Source: Spirochaetaceae bacterium
Lineage (GTDB): Bacteria; Spirochaetota; Spirochaetia; DSM-2461
Assembly: GCA_051531975.1 (NCBI GenBank)
Contig: JAOPTT010000005.1
Location: 391,030-455,029, forward strand
DNA length: 64,000 nucleotides
Reading direction: 5' to 3'
This document shows, one piece after another, positions 50,390-60,786 of the stretch. The notes under the pieces are model-generated. The model did no database searches, had not been told where the DNA came from, and was given only the letters and a program-made list of their open reading frames with translations. Made by a program: the position numbers and the translations under genes. How positions within the stretch are numbered: the stretch's first letter is position 1; every line of letters starts with the position of its first letter.

Positions 50390-51568
50390 ATGAGAATACC
50401 ACATTATAGGGATGTAAAAAAAATAGTAAACAAGGGTAAAAGCCCTGATAGTTGGTATACAGGACTATACGGTGTATCTCCATATATGGCTTGTGAACAT
50501 GGATGTCTATACTGTGATGCCCGAGCTGAAAGATATAATATCGAAGGTGATTTTGAGAAGGATATCGTAGTAAAAGGCAATACAATTGAACTATTAAAAA
50601 AGGAATTACCTAAACTTAGAGAGTATGGCACTATAACTCTTTCTTCAGGAATTAGCGATTCATATCAGCCTTTGGAGAATGAACTAAATATCACTAGAGA
50701 AGCTCTTAAACTAATAAGGGATGTTAAATACCCAGTAACCTTACTTACAAAATCAACGCTAGTTAAACGAGATCTAGATATATTTAAAGAGATAAAAAGT
50801 TATGCGGATATTCATGTTCACTTTACTTTAACCACTCTGGATGAAAATATTAACTCAATTTTTGAACCTAATGCTCCTAGTGTTTCAGAAAGGCTTGAGT
50901 CTATCAAGCTTTTAAAATCAAATGATATTGGTGTCGGTATATCAGCAATGCCTTTTCTTCCATTTATAACAGAAACAAAAGATAATATAATTGATTTATT
51001 AGATAAATTAAAAGAATTAGATGTAGATTTTTTAGTCCCTATGGTACTAGCTCTGCGCCCTGGTCGACTCAAAGAACTATATTTTGATGTTATAGCTAAA
51101 CAATATCCACATTTATTAAAACAATACGAAGATTTATACTCAAACAATACAACTTATGGTGGACCAAGATATAATAATCACAATCTGTATAAAAACATAA
51201 GAGACTACATGGATGTAATAGGTCTCTCACAGAGATTACCTCTTAGATATTATAGAACACAACTTAATAACTATCACACCATAGAACTGCTATTAGACCA
51301 TATGATGACACTTTATCGAAATAGGAATATTGATATTTCAAAGTTAAAAGAAGCTAATAAAAATTACATGGGATGGCTAAAGAGTGAAAGAAGTTATATT
51401 GCTAGAAGAAGAAATCTAAACTTTGATGAATTAGACAATAAACTAGATTCAATTCTGAGAAATGATGAATTTGATAAAATAATCAAAAACAGGAAACTCG
51501 CCCATTTTATGAAAGAGATTATGATAGATGGTGCAGACTATGATTATTGCACCCTTAAACTTAAATAA
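50390..51568 (+). CDS. Radical SAM protein (spore photoproduct lyase-like)
   Basis: SPYMACEHGCLYC, SDSYQPLE, LTKSTLVKRDLD, FEPNAPSVSERL. Confidence 0.88.
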   Translation: MRIPHYRDVKKIVNKGKSPDSWYTGLYGVSPYMACEHGCLYCDARAERYNIEGDFEKDIVVKGNTIELLKKELPKLREYGTITLSSGISDSYQPLENELNITREALKLIRDVKYPVTLLTKSTLVKRDLDIFKEIKSYADIHVHFTLTTLDENINSIFEPNAPSVSERLESIKLLKSNDIGVGISAMPFLPFITETKDNIIDLLDKLKELDVDFLVPMVLALRPGRLKELYFDVIAKQYPHLLKQYEDLYSNNTTYGGPRYNNHNLYKNIRDYMDVIGLSQRLPLRYYRTQLNNYHTIELLLDHMMTLYRNRNIDISKLKEANKNYMGWLKSERSYIARRRNLNFDELDNKLDSILRNDEFDKIIKNRKLAHFMKEIMIDGADYDYCTLKLK

Positions 51569-51912
51569 ATACTGGACAACAAAGATCAAAAATGATTTGA
51601 TAAGTTATTGAGCACTTTCAATAAGAAGGTAAAATTATGAAAAAGAGTATTACTAAAAAATAAAATCGGGTCGATTCTAAAATAAATTATCCACATCTAT
51701 TTTCTGTTTCCACCTGAACAGATACAAATTAGATATCCAACTCACAAAATTAAACCTTATTAATATATCTAACAAATATGATAGTTCTTGTATTAAGATT
51801 AATTTATGTTTGCCTTAAATAATTTTATACATCGTATTAAATTCCACAACTGTCTTATAGTTTACTGAAATCACAAGACAGAACTAATTATTCTATTCCG
51901 AGGAGATTAATT

Positions 51913-52398
51913 TTGAGATCTAAAAATATTATAGACTTAGCTAATACAAAGATGGAAATTGACACTAGTAGTGTTCCCCAGTATGTTTCCAACGTATCAA
52001 GTATCGATTCATTTGATCTAGGATCAAAACTTCTGTTCTTTGACATTAGAGAATTGCCACCTGGTAACTTTTCTTGTCCATACCATTATCACTCTGATGA
52101 AGAGGAAGTATTTGTCGTAATTGAAGGAGAGGCATTATTACGACAAAATGATAAAAAAGAGCTTGTAAAAGAAGGTGATCTACTGTTTTTTAAAAGTGGG
52201 GAGGAGGGTGCTCATCAGTTATACAATCACACCGACTCCCCATTTAAATACCTTGATCTATCAACAAACCGTGATTATGGTTTCTGTGGATATCCAGATT
52301 CAAAAAAGATAAACATTGGTAATGGGCATATATATAAAGAAGATGACAAGGTTGGTTATTATGATGGAGAGAAGGACATTCCTGATTTCTGGAAATAA
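51913..52398 (+). CDS. Cupin-domain protein
   Basis: PYHYHSDEEE, AHQLYN, YPDSKK; SD GAGGAG. Confidence 0.9.
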   Translation: MRSKNIIDLANTKMEIDTSSVPQYVSNVSSIDSFDLGSKLLFFDIRELPPGNFSCPYHYHSDEEEVFVVIEGEALLRQNDKKELVKEGDLLFFKSGEEGAHQLYNHTDSPFKYLDLSTNRDYGFCGYPDSKKINIGNGHIYKEDDKVGYYDGEKDIPDFWK

Positions 52399-52422
52399 GA
52401 TAACTTAAAAAATCTTAGTAGT

Positions 52423-52445
52423 TGAGGGCGGTATGTCTGCTCTCA
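52423..52445 (+). terminator. Terminator hairpin
   Basis: TGAGGGCGG-tatgt-CTGCTCTCA then TTATTT. Confidence 0.55.
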
Positions 52446-52543
52446 TTATTTCCATATAAATATGTACCTCAATATGCAATTTTATTGTAAAATATTTCAA
52501 ATAAAGCTATTTAAAACATTTGGTAAAGTTAAAAGGACTTCTA

Positions 52544-52996
52544 ATGATTCAATTAAAAAGAGCAACTGTGGAAGACGCAGATAAAATCCTAGATATTAAC
52601 AAAAAAGCATTTAATGATGAAATGCAAACCGTTTTAGGACGTGATGGAGGTCCTCCAGGTTATGATAATTTGGAAGAGCATATAAAACTAATTAATGAGT
52701 TCAAAGTATATATAGTTAAAGTTAATGAAATAATTATTGGAAGTTTTTTTCTTATTCCTCACTCTGTATCTCATTATAGTTTGGAAAGTTTTTGCATATA
52801 TCCAGAATTCCAAAGTAAAGGTTATGGTCTAAAAACATTAAAACAAATGGAAAATATCCATCACGAAGTTCAAAAATGGAGTTTAGGTGCGTTTAAGAAA
52901 AGTATTCACATTCAGAAACTATATGAGAAGTTTGGTTTTATTAAAGTAGATGAGGATGAGTGGGAAATAAAATACGAAAAAAAAATTATTTCATAA
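52544..52996 (+). CDS. GNAT acetyltransferase (start probably 52544)
   Basis: GGPPGYD, PEFQSKGYG, LYEKFGF; SD AAGGA. Confidence 0.88.
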   Translation: MIQLKRATVEDADKILDINKKAFNDEMQTVLGRDGGPPGYDNLEEHIKLINEFKVYIVKVNEIIIGSFFLIPHSVSHYSLESFCIYPEFQSKGYGLKTLKQMENIHHEVQKWSLGAFKKSIHIQKLYEKFGFIKVDEDEWEIKYEKKIIS

Positions 52997-53102
52997 CCAC
53001 TTAAGATATTAATTTCTATTACTCATATATAATCTTAGAATTATTGCTAATCAATCAATGTAATTATATGATAATAAAATAATTTACTGGAGAGACCCTA
53101 TA

Positions 53103-53798
53103 ATGAATGAACAAAAAGAGAATCCGTTTCTCAATCTATTATTTAATATAATTGTACCTTCTTTCATATTAATGAAGTTAAGTGATATTGAGTATCTTGG
53201 ATCTACAAAAAGTCTGATATTGGCATTACTCTTCCCTTTAGTTTTTGGTTTATACAGTCTAATAAAGAATAAAAAAGTCAATTTTTTCTCGGTAGTTGGT
53301 CTTGTGAGTATAATTTTAACTGGATCGTTTTCCTTGTTAGCTCTTGATGTTAAATGGATTGTGATGAAAGAGGCTGGTATACCGTTTCTATTTGGTCTTT
53401 TTGTAATTATATCACTTAAAACTCCATTTCCTGTAGTGAAGAAATTATTACTTAATGACCAGATATTAAATATGGATATTATTAGCATAAAACTGTTAGA
53501 AACTAATAATACCAGTAAGTTTGATAAATGTATTACTATATCTACTTTTATGTTATCTGCATCATTTTTTATATCAAGCTTCTTAAATAGCTTCTTAGCA
53601 ATAAAATTACTCAAAAGTCAGCCTGGTTCAAGTGCCTTCAATGAAGAATTGGGGTTAATGACAGCATATAGTTTTCCTGTAATTGCTGTCCCATCGATGA
53701 TTATATTGGTACTTATTTTTGCCTATATTTTCAGATCCCTCAAGTTTTTAACTGGTTTAAAATCTAATGAGATACTGGCTGATGTGCTAGTAAAATAA
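53103..53798 (+). CDS. Membrane protein (VC0807/IspA-like)
   Basis: NLLFNIIVP, KEAGIP, FNEELG, SFPVIAVP; multiple TM. Confidence 0.7.
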   Translation: MNEQKENPFLNLLFNIIVPSFILMKLSDIEYLGSTKSLILALLFPLVFGLYSLIKNKKVNFFSVVGLVSIILTGSFSLLALDVKWIVMKEAGIPFLFGLFVIISLKTPFPVVKKLLLNDQILNMDIISIKLLETNNTSKFDKCITISTFMLSASFFISSFLNSFLAIKLLKSQPGSSAFNEELGLMTAYSFPVIAVPSMIILVLIFAYIFRSLKFLTGLKSNEILADVLVK

Positions 53799-53810
53799 TT
53801 AGGAGCAGCA

Positions 53811-54353
53811 ATGCACAAAGATCTAAATATAGATAATACATACTTATATCATTATTATGAAAATAGTAATGGAGCACTTAAAACTATCTCAGATATGAAG
53901 CTTAGTGAAGCGCAAAGTTTATTAAATGAATTAAGTCAAAATGAGGATTATTTTGCTGGAAAACGAGATAGAAATTATTTAACAATCCGATTGAAAATTG
54001 AAAAATATATTAGAAATAAATTTATAACATTAGGGGGGAATCCAATACTAGAATTTCCTCATTATTTTACTTTAGAAAAATCAGATTGGCTTAAAACATG
54101 GTATCCTAATCCTGCCTGTATTAAGATCCCACTTTCAGAAATTGACTCTCAATTAATTAGCTTCACATATGGGGATACTTTTCCTGCTTTTAGATATAAA
54201 CAAAATAATCCTACAAGAGGAAAAATATTTACAACTGAAAATATTTTTGAGGCCATAGATAAATATGGTTTACCTCAAAGAGTTAATCCTAACGGAGACA
54301 ATGGCCCCATAAGATATATTGAAGCACAATTATGGTATAATTTAAATGAATAG
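53811..54353 (+). CDS. Hypothetical protein (180 aa)
   Basis: SD AGGAG; YLYHYY, PHYFTL, ISFTYGD, RYIEAQLW motifs. Confidence 0.75.
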   Translation: MHKDLNIDNTYLYHYYENSNGALKTISDMKLSEAQSLLNELSQNEDYFAGKRDRNYLTIRLKIEKYIRNKFITLGGNPILEFPHYFTLEKSDWLKTWYPNPACIKIPLSEIDSQLISFTYGDTFPAFRYKQNNPTRGKIFTTENIFEAIDKYGLPQRVNPNGDNGPIRYIEAQLWYNLNE

Positions 54354-54379
54354 GTATCTTGGGAATTCTACTATTTGTA

Positions 54380-54796
54380 TTAATTAGTATTGGAAGGACT
54401 ATATTTTTTAAGCTTTTCATCAAACAAAAGATATAGCGAAGCATTTAATATGAAAAGTAAAATAGCATAGTAGTAACCATATCTTCTTGATATCCATGTG
54501 GATGCACCCCATGAGTTTCCTAAAACTATTGTTAAACAGATAAGTTTCGATAACTTTTCTGGTGAAATTAGAGTCAAGAAAGCAATTATTAATAGCCATA
54601 TAAATGTTACAAGAAATATCCCAAGAATGTGGTGCCTCATTGCAAAATTTAGAACTGGGTTTATTTCATTTACTTTATCTAATGCCCTTATCCAATAATC
54701 TGTAGGTTGGTTTATAGTAGTAACGATTAAGTCTATACAGCATGCAATAAAGGCAGGTATAAAAATATATAATTTATATGCATTTTTCTTTAGCAT
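54380..54796 (-). CDS. Hypothetical membrane protein
   Basis: Four TM-like segments, D..TT and EINP motifs; SD GAGGA. Confidence 0.7.
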   Translation of the reverse strand: MLKKNAYKLYIFIPAFIACCIDLIVTTINQPTDYWIRALDKVNEINPVLNFAMRHHILGIFLVTFIWLLIIAFLTLISPEKLSKLICLTIVLGNSWGASTWISRRYGYYYAILLFILNASLYLLFDEKLKKYSPSNTN

Positions 54797-54812
54797 TTAT
54801 ATCCTCTTAAGT

Positions 54813-55295
54813 TTATACAGTTAAATCTAATACCATGCATATTTCACCTTCACTAACTTCACCTGTAGCTTTAAATCCAACGGATTCATACAAACTACTA
54901 CCAACCTTATTGTCTGGGTCATAGGATAAAACTAATGTATTGGCAGGACCTTGGGGAAATGATCTGATTAATTCTATAGCTTTAATAAGGGATTCACGGC
55001 CATAACCTTTCCCCTGAAATTTTTGATCTATCATAAACCGCCATATATCATAGGTATCTTCTTTCACATCATTATCTAGATCTTTATTAATTAAGGACAT
55101 TAAAATAAAACCAACCATGACATCATCATTATAGATAGCATAGGGCATGGGTTTGCAAACATTATTATCTTTAGCAACATAAGCTATTGCAAGACTATTA
55201 ACATTGGGTGCTACAAACTTACTACCTGCAACCCCTGGGTCAAGTTTTATACATTCTCTATAATTATCTAGAGTTATTTTTTCAAATCTTATCAT
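54813..55295 (-). CDS. GNAT acetyltransferase (BltD/spermidine-acetyltransferase-like)
   Basis: FVAPNVNSLA, IWRFMIDQKFQGKGYG, LYESVGF. Confidence 0.88.
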   Translation of the reverse strand: MIRFEKITLDNYRECIKLDPGVAGSKFVAPNVNSLAIAYVAKDNNVCKPMPYAIYNDDVMVGFILMSLINKDLDNDVKEDTYDIWRFMIDQKFQGKGYGRESLIKAIELIRSFPQGPANTLVLSYDPDNKVGSSLYESVGFKATGEVSEGEICMVLDLTV

Positions 55296-55422
55296 TTAAT
55301 TTTTACCTCTTTTTAGGTATAGTACTTTAAATAATCATTTAACTAAAACAGAATATTAAATACTTTGTTTAAATATTAGATAAAGTATTATAGACTCGTT
55401 GTAGGTTTTTAAGGGGAGTACA

Positions 55423-55839
55423 GTGATTAAAGCATCATGTTTGTGTAATAAAGTAAAAGTAGAAATTAATGGTGATTTTGTTATAATGACTAATTGTCAC
55501 TGCTCCAAATGTAGAAAATTTACAGGATCAGCTTTTGGGACTTTAGCTTTATGTAAAAAAGAGGACTTTAAAATAGTTTCAGGTAAAGAATTTATATCTA
55601 ACTATGAGATGTCAGATGATTTTACTAGAACATTTTGTAAATGTTGTGGATCTCCATTACCAGTTGAAGGGCATGTTGCATTTCAGGGGTTAGTAGCTAT
55701 TCCTGCAGGTATATTAGATGATGATCCTAAAATAAAACCAAGTAAACATCTGTTTGTAGGATCAAAAGCACCCGGGTGGGATATTCATGATGACATAGAA
55801 AATAATGAGGAATGGTATCCTGGTTATAAAAAAGGGTGA
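55423..55839 (+). CDS. GFA/CENP-V family zinc protein
   Basis: SCLC, CHCSKCRK, FCKCCGS, HLFVGSKA. Confidence 0.92.
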   Translation: MIKASCLCNKVKVEINGDFVIMTNCHCSKCRKFTGSAFGTLALCKKEDFKIVSGKEFISNYEMSDDFTRTFCKCCGSPLPVEGHVAFQGLVAIPAGILDDDPKIKPSKHLFVGSKAPGWDIHDDIENNEEWYPGYKKG

Positions 55840-55848
55840 ATAAGATAA

Positions 55849-58686
55849 CTATTCAAATGTAAAATTAGTAATATGGGTAATTGAATTTGGCTCAAAAACG
55901 AATCTAGGTGTGTTAGATAGTTTATAATCAACTAAAATACTTGAAATAATAACATCATTAATTTTCAATTCAACTAAATCACCTTCTCTAGCAACTTCTA
56001 TATGGTAAGATGCTCCATTTAAAAATTTAAAATCAACATTAGTTTTTGTTAATGTATATCTATTATTAACTAATTTTGATAATCCCAAAGAGTCATTTTT
56101 TAGATCAAAACCAAAATTGATATTTGTTTTATTCTCTCTAAAATAAACAAAAAAACCTTTATCAAAATCTAATAGATCAAAACTAAATTTAAAATCATTA
56201 TTAACTGGAAAGCTACTACTAGAATCTATAGAAGCTCCACCATCAGAAGTATTTGTAACTTTAACGGAGTTACTTAATGTTTCTAATATTAGTCTACTAT
56301 CTTCTAAAAAAGAGAAATAATCACCTTTTTGACTAAAATATTTATTTTGATACATTTCAAAACCACGACTTCTTAAAACTTTAAGAAGTGATTTTGCATC
56401 CTCCCTATTATCAGATATTAGATGGGCAAATATTTCTTGAATTTGTTCAATATTTATCCCATAGGGAATAGCTTCTTCAATTAGTTTATACTTACCATAT
56501 GATAATAAATTAGATATGATTGTCTTATCATTATATCCTATTAGATTTATATCTGCACCAGAATCAAGTATTGGTTTAACTGCCCAACGATATTCAGGGA
56601 TTGTATATGCCATCTCTAAGATACTCCAGCCAGATGTAGTTTTAAAATCCAAACTGTTTACACGGTTAACGACTCTGATAAATTCGTCTTTTAAATCTCT
56701 ACGCATTAGTGTATTTAGAATAGTATAGGCATTAACTCCTGATAATAATTGATCTGGAGTATTATCTAGATAATAATTTATATCTTCTTTGGAGCCATAA
56801 TATCTTAGATAATAAAGTGGAGTTTTAACATCTTTAATACTTGTATGGTATTTATCCTTCGTATTGTCAAATAATAACCGAAAATAGGGGGCAAAGTTTT
56901 TAACTTCTTCATATTTTTCACTTAAAGATTGATAGGTTTTATTATGGGTTTTACGAAGATAGCTAAGTAGAGGGGTAATTCCATCTGATGTCCGATTATC
57001 TAGATTAGTTCCATATGATATTAAAAGGTTATATATTTCTAGGTGATTATCGTCATCTCTGGAGGTTACGAGATAAATAGGTGTCTGTTTATCGTCAAGC
57101 TTTTTATTAGGATCAGCCCAAAACTTCATAAGCTTTTCTATTATTTCTAATGTTGAATATCTAGCGGCAATATGGAGATTTGACCAATCTTTTTTCCCTA
57201 TACTATTTATGTTTTTTACTTCTGGTATCAACAACATAGAAATATCATCTAAAGAATATCTTAAGGAGTATGCCAAAGGTTTATATCCCGATATATCTCC
57301 AAGATCTGGGTCTGCACCATAACTTAAAAGTAACTCTACACTCTTTGGATCATGATTTAGTATAGCTCTTGTTAGTGGAGTCGTACCATTCTTAAGCTTT
57401 TTGTTAGGATCTGCACCAGCCTCTAATAACATCTTTACAATATCATTTTCTTTATGAATAACTGCATAATAGAGAGATGTGGTTTTATTTCCTCCAGTGT
57501 TTGGGAGGTTTGGATTAAATCCTGAATCTAAAAGTAGTTTAACTGTTTTTTTATCTTTTTTTGTAACGGCATATGAAACATAGCTTAGACCACTACTTAA
57601 TTGTATATCATGTATTTTATCGATTCTCTGTGTTAAAATAGATTCTACTTTATTAAATCTTTTATCTCCTATAGCTGTTTGTAACTCATAATCATCTATA
57701 TAAAATGTCGTTAAGTTTTTACTTTTTCTTTCATAGTCAAATAACATTGCTACTTCTGGTGCTATATCGATGTTTGTAGGAAGTTTTGGAGGTTGAATCG
57801 TTAACTTAAATATTTCAGGGTCCTTAGAAACATCAAAAAACATTAAATCATTAGCTATATCTGGAAGGTCTTTTAGATCACTTTTACTCCAAATACGTCT
57901 ATTAACAAGTAGCTGAACAGTTAGTGCTCTATTTCTGATACCATTTGATATTTTTTCACTATTATACCAAAGCATAGTTAAGCCAGCAATATAACTTGAC
58001 CCCCAGTCTAACCAACTTATATCAAATTTAGACATCTCTAAAGCGACATCTTCTATAATATAATTAGCCTGATCCCTAGAGAGGTAGTCCATGGCAAAAC
58101 CCCAACGAGTAAATATAGAAATCCTCTCTAATTCAAATAGATATACATCTCTATAAGATATAAAATCACGATTATTAAGAATAAAAACCATTTTTGTATA
58201 ATCGTTTTGGGTAATTATACCAGTTTTAATCTCTGTCTCCCATGTTTCATATTGACGTAATTGGTCCAGATCATTTAATAGATGTTTTTTAGTTAATATT
58301 AAATTTAGGATATCAATATACCGTTCTCTCATACCTTCTAGTAATAGAGTATTTAACTGTTTCATATACTCGTCTTTAGTATATATGTCCCAAATACTGT
58401 GTAATACTCTCTCAGCAGCACTTAGTGAATCTTCTTTATTATTTTTAAGTTCTAGTGTGGCAAATAGGTTTCTATTGGAATATGAGAGTATATCAGAAGC
58501 AGAATAGCCAAAGGTTAGTAATGTGTTTAACTTCTCCTCTTGCCAATCTTCTAGTTGTCTATCAATTTTATTCTTTGAAATTATTTCTAAAAAGTCTACA
58601 TCAGTCCGCTCTACTGAATCAATAATTTTATTTGTTTGGCATGATAACATTAATGTTAATAGTACTAATATAATTTTAAATTTCAT
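55849..58686 (-). CDS. Lipoprotein with DUF1266-like domain, ankyrin repeats and C-terminal beta-rich domain
   Basis: MLSC lipobox; WDI...RWGFAMDYLS...SWLDWGSSYIAG; repeated LLxxGADPN / GxTPL. Confidence 0.8.
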   Translation of the reverse strand: MKFKIILVLLTLMLSCQTNKIIDSVERTDVDFLEIISKNKIDRQLEDWQEEKLNTLLTFGYSASDILSYSNRNLFATLELKNNKEDSLSAAERVLHSIWDIYTKDEYMKQLNTLLLEGMRERYIDILNLILTKKHLLNDLDQLRQYETWETEIKTGIITQNDYTKMVFILNNRDFISYRDVYLFELERISIFTRWGFAMDYLSRDQANYIIEDVALEMSKFDISWLDWGSSYIAGLTMLWYNSEKISNGIRNRALTVQLLVNRRIWSKSDLKDLPDIANDLMFFDVSKDPEIFKLTIQPPKLPTNIDIAPEVAMLFDYERKSKNLTTFYIDDYELQTAIGDKRFNKVESILTQRIDKIHDIQLSSGLSYVSYAVTKKDKKTVKLLLDSGFNPNLPNTGGNKTTSLYYAVIHKENDIVKMLLEAGADPNKKLKNGTTPLTRAILNHDPKSVELLLSYGADPDLGDISGYKPLAYSLRYSLDDISMLLIPEVKNINSIGKKDWSNLHIAARYSTLEIIEKLMKFWADPNKKLDDKQTPIYLVTSRDDDNHLEIYNLLISYGTNLDNRTSDGITPLLSYLRKTHNKTYQSLSEKYEEVKNFAPYFRLLFDNTKDKYHTSIKDVKTPLYYLRYYGSKEDINYYLDNTPDQLLSGVNAYTILNTLMRRDLKDEFIRVVNRVNSLDFKTTSGWSILEMAYTIPEYRWAVKPILDSGADINLIGYNDKTIISNLLSYGKYKLIEEAIPYGINIEQIQEIFAHLISDNREDAKSLLKVLRSRGFEMYQNKYFSQKGDYFSFLEDSRLILETLSNSVKVTNTSDGGASIDSSSSFPVNNDFKFSFDLLDFDKGFFVYFRENKTNINFGFDLKNDSLGLSKLVNNRYTLTKTNVDFKFLNGASYHIEVAREGDLVELKINDVIISSILVDYKLSNTPRFVFEPNSITHITNFTFE

Positions 58687-58736
58687 GAGTTATACTATAT
58701 CAATAATCTAAATAGTTAAAGAAATTAATAAATGCA

Positions 58737-59711
58737 CTAACTCTCTTTTAGCCAAAGTGAAAATTTCTCTAATTCATCCCTATTATTAGTTAGCCATTTA
58801 ACTGATTCTTCATTTGTCGACTGACTAATGTAATGACAAAATGTTTTTAAGTGCTCTGACTGTGCAATTTTATAAAAAAAGGGAACATAAAAATCCCAAG
58901 TAAATCCTCTGTTATCTTTTTTGATCTCACCTAAGATGTTAAATAGTGATTCACTATTATTAATAAAGTTATCATCGGTAGATTCAAGTATTCTAAATGA
59001 TTCTAGGGCTAAATCTGCAGCTAAAAAGCCTGATTCTAACTGATTTGGATTAATTGTTATATTTGCATCCCCTGGTGTTTTCGTAAAATTACTAATAAGT
59101 CGATCGTAAGCTGTTTTAGATCTTGATGAATTGGGCTCTAAAAACAGAAAGTAATAAAGAGAGAGTATACTTTTTGCTTTCTGATTTGTTTCTGACATAA
59201 TATATGATAAAAGATTATGGCTGCTGGCATGATTGTTATTAGTTCTTATTGCATTGTTAATAATTTCTTCTGCTTTTAAATAATCTTTAATTCTATAATA
59301 ATTAATTCCTAGGTTATAATATAGGAGATAATGATCACCATACTGTTTTATTGCAGATTCAAATAGTTCTATTGATTCCTGAGTTCTTCCAAGATAATCT
59401 AGGCATGATCCTTTGTTTATTATTGCTGATAACAGATGTTTGTCATTCTTCTTAATAACCATTTCAGAATATTTTAATGCTTCACTATAGTCACCTTTAT
59501 ATAAATAAGTTAATGATATTTCGTACTGTACTAGGGAATTATCTGGTTCAATTTTTAATGCTTTTTTGTAATAATCAATTGCTTTATCATATTCACCAGC
59601 ATCATGGGACTTTATTCCTTGATCAACATAGGAATCGACTTCTTCATTTGCAGTTAAGTTTACTAAAAATGTGGTAAACAGCATAATTAATAATATTTTT
59701 TTTACATTCAT
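58737..59711 (-). CDS. Exported tetratricopeptide-repeat protein (start reassigned to 59711)
   Basis: Signal peptide MNVKKILLIMLF; GEYDKAIDYYKKALKIEP and further TPRs. Confidence 0.88.
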   Translation of the reverse strand: MNVKKILLIMLFTTFLVNLTANEEVDSYVDQGIKSHDAGEYDKAIDYYKKALKIEPDNSLVQYEISLTYLYKGDYSEALKYSEMVIKKNDKHLLSAIINKGSCLDYLGRTQESIELFESAIKQYGDHYLLYYNLGINYYRIKDYLKAEEIINNAIRTNNNHASSHNLLSYIMSETNQKAKSILSLYYFLFLEPNSSRSKTAYDRLISNFTKTPGDANITINPNQLESGFLAADLALESFRILESTDDNFINNSESLFNILGEIKKDNRGFTWDFYVPFFYKIAQSEHLKTFCHYISQSTNEESVKWLTNNRDELEKFSLWLKES

Positions 59712-59875
59712 GCCAGTAGTATATATGTAAGTGTTACTTACGTAAAATATAAAAATAAAGAAGCACATAGACTCTAATTTTATCATTTCCTATCTTCCAT
59801 AAATATACAATAAAATTTCACGCTTCAAAAATATATTTCTTGCCACTAATTGATATATGAATATAATATTTTTAT

Positions 59876-60706
59876 ATGATTCATCTTAGAATGTTTTACT
59901 ATCTTGGAACGGGCATAATAACCTTTGGAATTTCTCTAATTATTATCTCTCTATTAAAAAAAGAAATACTTAACAAAATGAATATATCTTTTATTCTATT
60001 TTATGTTTTAAGTTCTATGCATTTAGTGTTAATTTTCTTCAATCTTTACTTCAGATACAATATTGAATCATCATTTAATCCAGACTTTATTCTGAAAATA
60101 GCCGTTATGATCAGTAGAATAAGGATCGTATTTTATATTGCTTTTGTCCATTCATTAAGTGGTTCAAATAAACATAAAATCCTTCATTATAGTATTCTCA
60201 CTTTAGTAACAGTTGGTTCTATTATATCTTCAACAATTACAACATTGATTGCAGTAATATATTTCTTTATTTTCTTGGTTTATCTATTTGTCGAAAAGGA
60301 TGAAATTAATAATAAAAATCATATATTAATAAAATATTTCTTAATAATATCCAGTATTACTTTAATACCATTTATTTTGGATCTTTTTGAAGAATTAGGT
60401 CTTTTTATGAATCTGCTAAATCTTGATTTTTTCCCATTTTGCCTAATTGCATTAGGAATAATATTTGTAGTTACAATTTTAAGAAATAATAAAATCACTA
60501 AATTGTCATACAAAATTGATAAAAAACTTGTTACAAATAGAGAGAGTGAAATAATTGAAAATATATTACAGGGTTTAACAAATAAAAATATAGCTGAAAA
60601 ATTATTTATTTCTGAATCTACAGTAAAAAAACATATAAATAGTATTTTTAGAAAACTTCAAATTAAAAGTCGGTGGGAGCTATCTCAATTAGCTGATAAA
60701 ACTTAG
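59876..60706 (+). CDS. Membrane-embedded LuxR-family regulator
   Basis: About 7 TM helices then TNRESEII...GLTNKNIAEKLFISESTVKKHINSIFRKL. Confidence 0.9.
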   Translation: MIHLRMFYYLGTGIITFGISLIIISLLKKEILNKMNISFILFYVLSSMHLVLIFFNLYFRYNIESSFNPDFILKIAVMISRIRIVFYIAFVHSLSGSNKHKILHYSILTLVTVGSIISSTITTLIAVIYFFIFLVYLFVEKDEINNKNHILIKYFLIISSITLIPFILDLFEELGLFMNLLNLDFFPFCLIALGIIFVVTILRNNKITKLSYKIDKKLVTNRESEIIENILQGLTNKNIAEKLFISESTVKKHINSIFRKLQIKSRWELSQLADKT

Positions 60707-60735
60707 TTCTACTGTAGAACTCACCTAAAGTTCTA
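60705..60735. promoter_or_regulatory. AGTTCTA/TAGAACT heptamer array, probable LuxR/NarL-type operator
   Basis: AGTTCTA-N3-TAGAACT-N7-AGTTCTA, three exact copies. Confidence 0.6.
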
Positions 60736-60786
60736 TATTCTTTTTATATCAACCAACCATAAAATGATTCCATAAAGGAGTTAAAA

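Noticed and set aside
51687..51695. DnaA box TTATCCACA
   Set aside because: Single copy, about what chance gives in an AT-rich 64-kb window; no cluster or origin genes.
53084..53614. 176-aa minus ORF and other nested antisense ORFs (e.g. 38548-38991, 46088-46522, 32012-32419)
   Set aside because: Overlap well-supported genes on the opposite strand and show no motifs.
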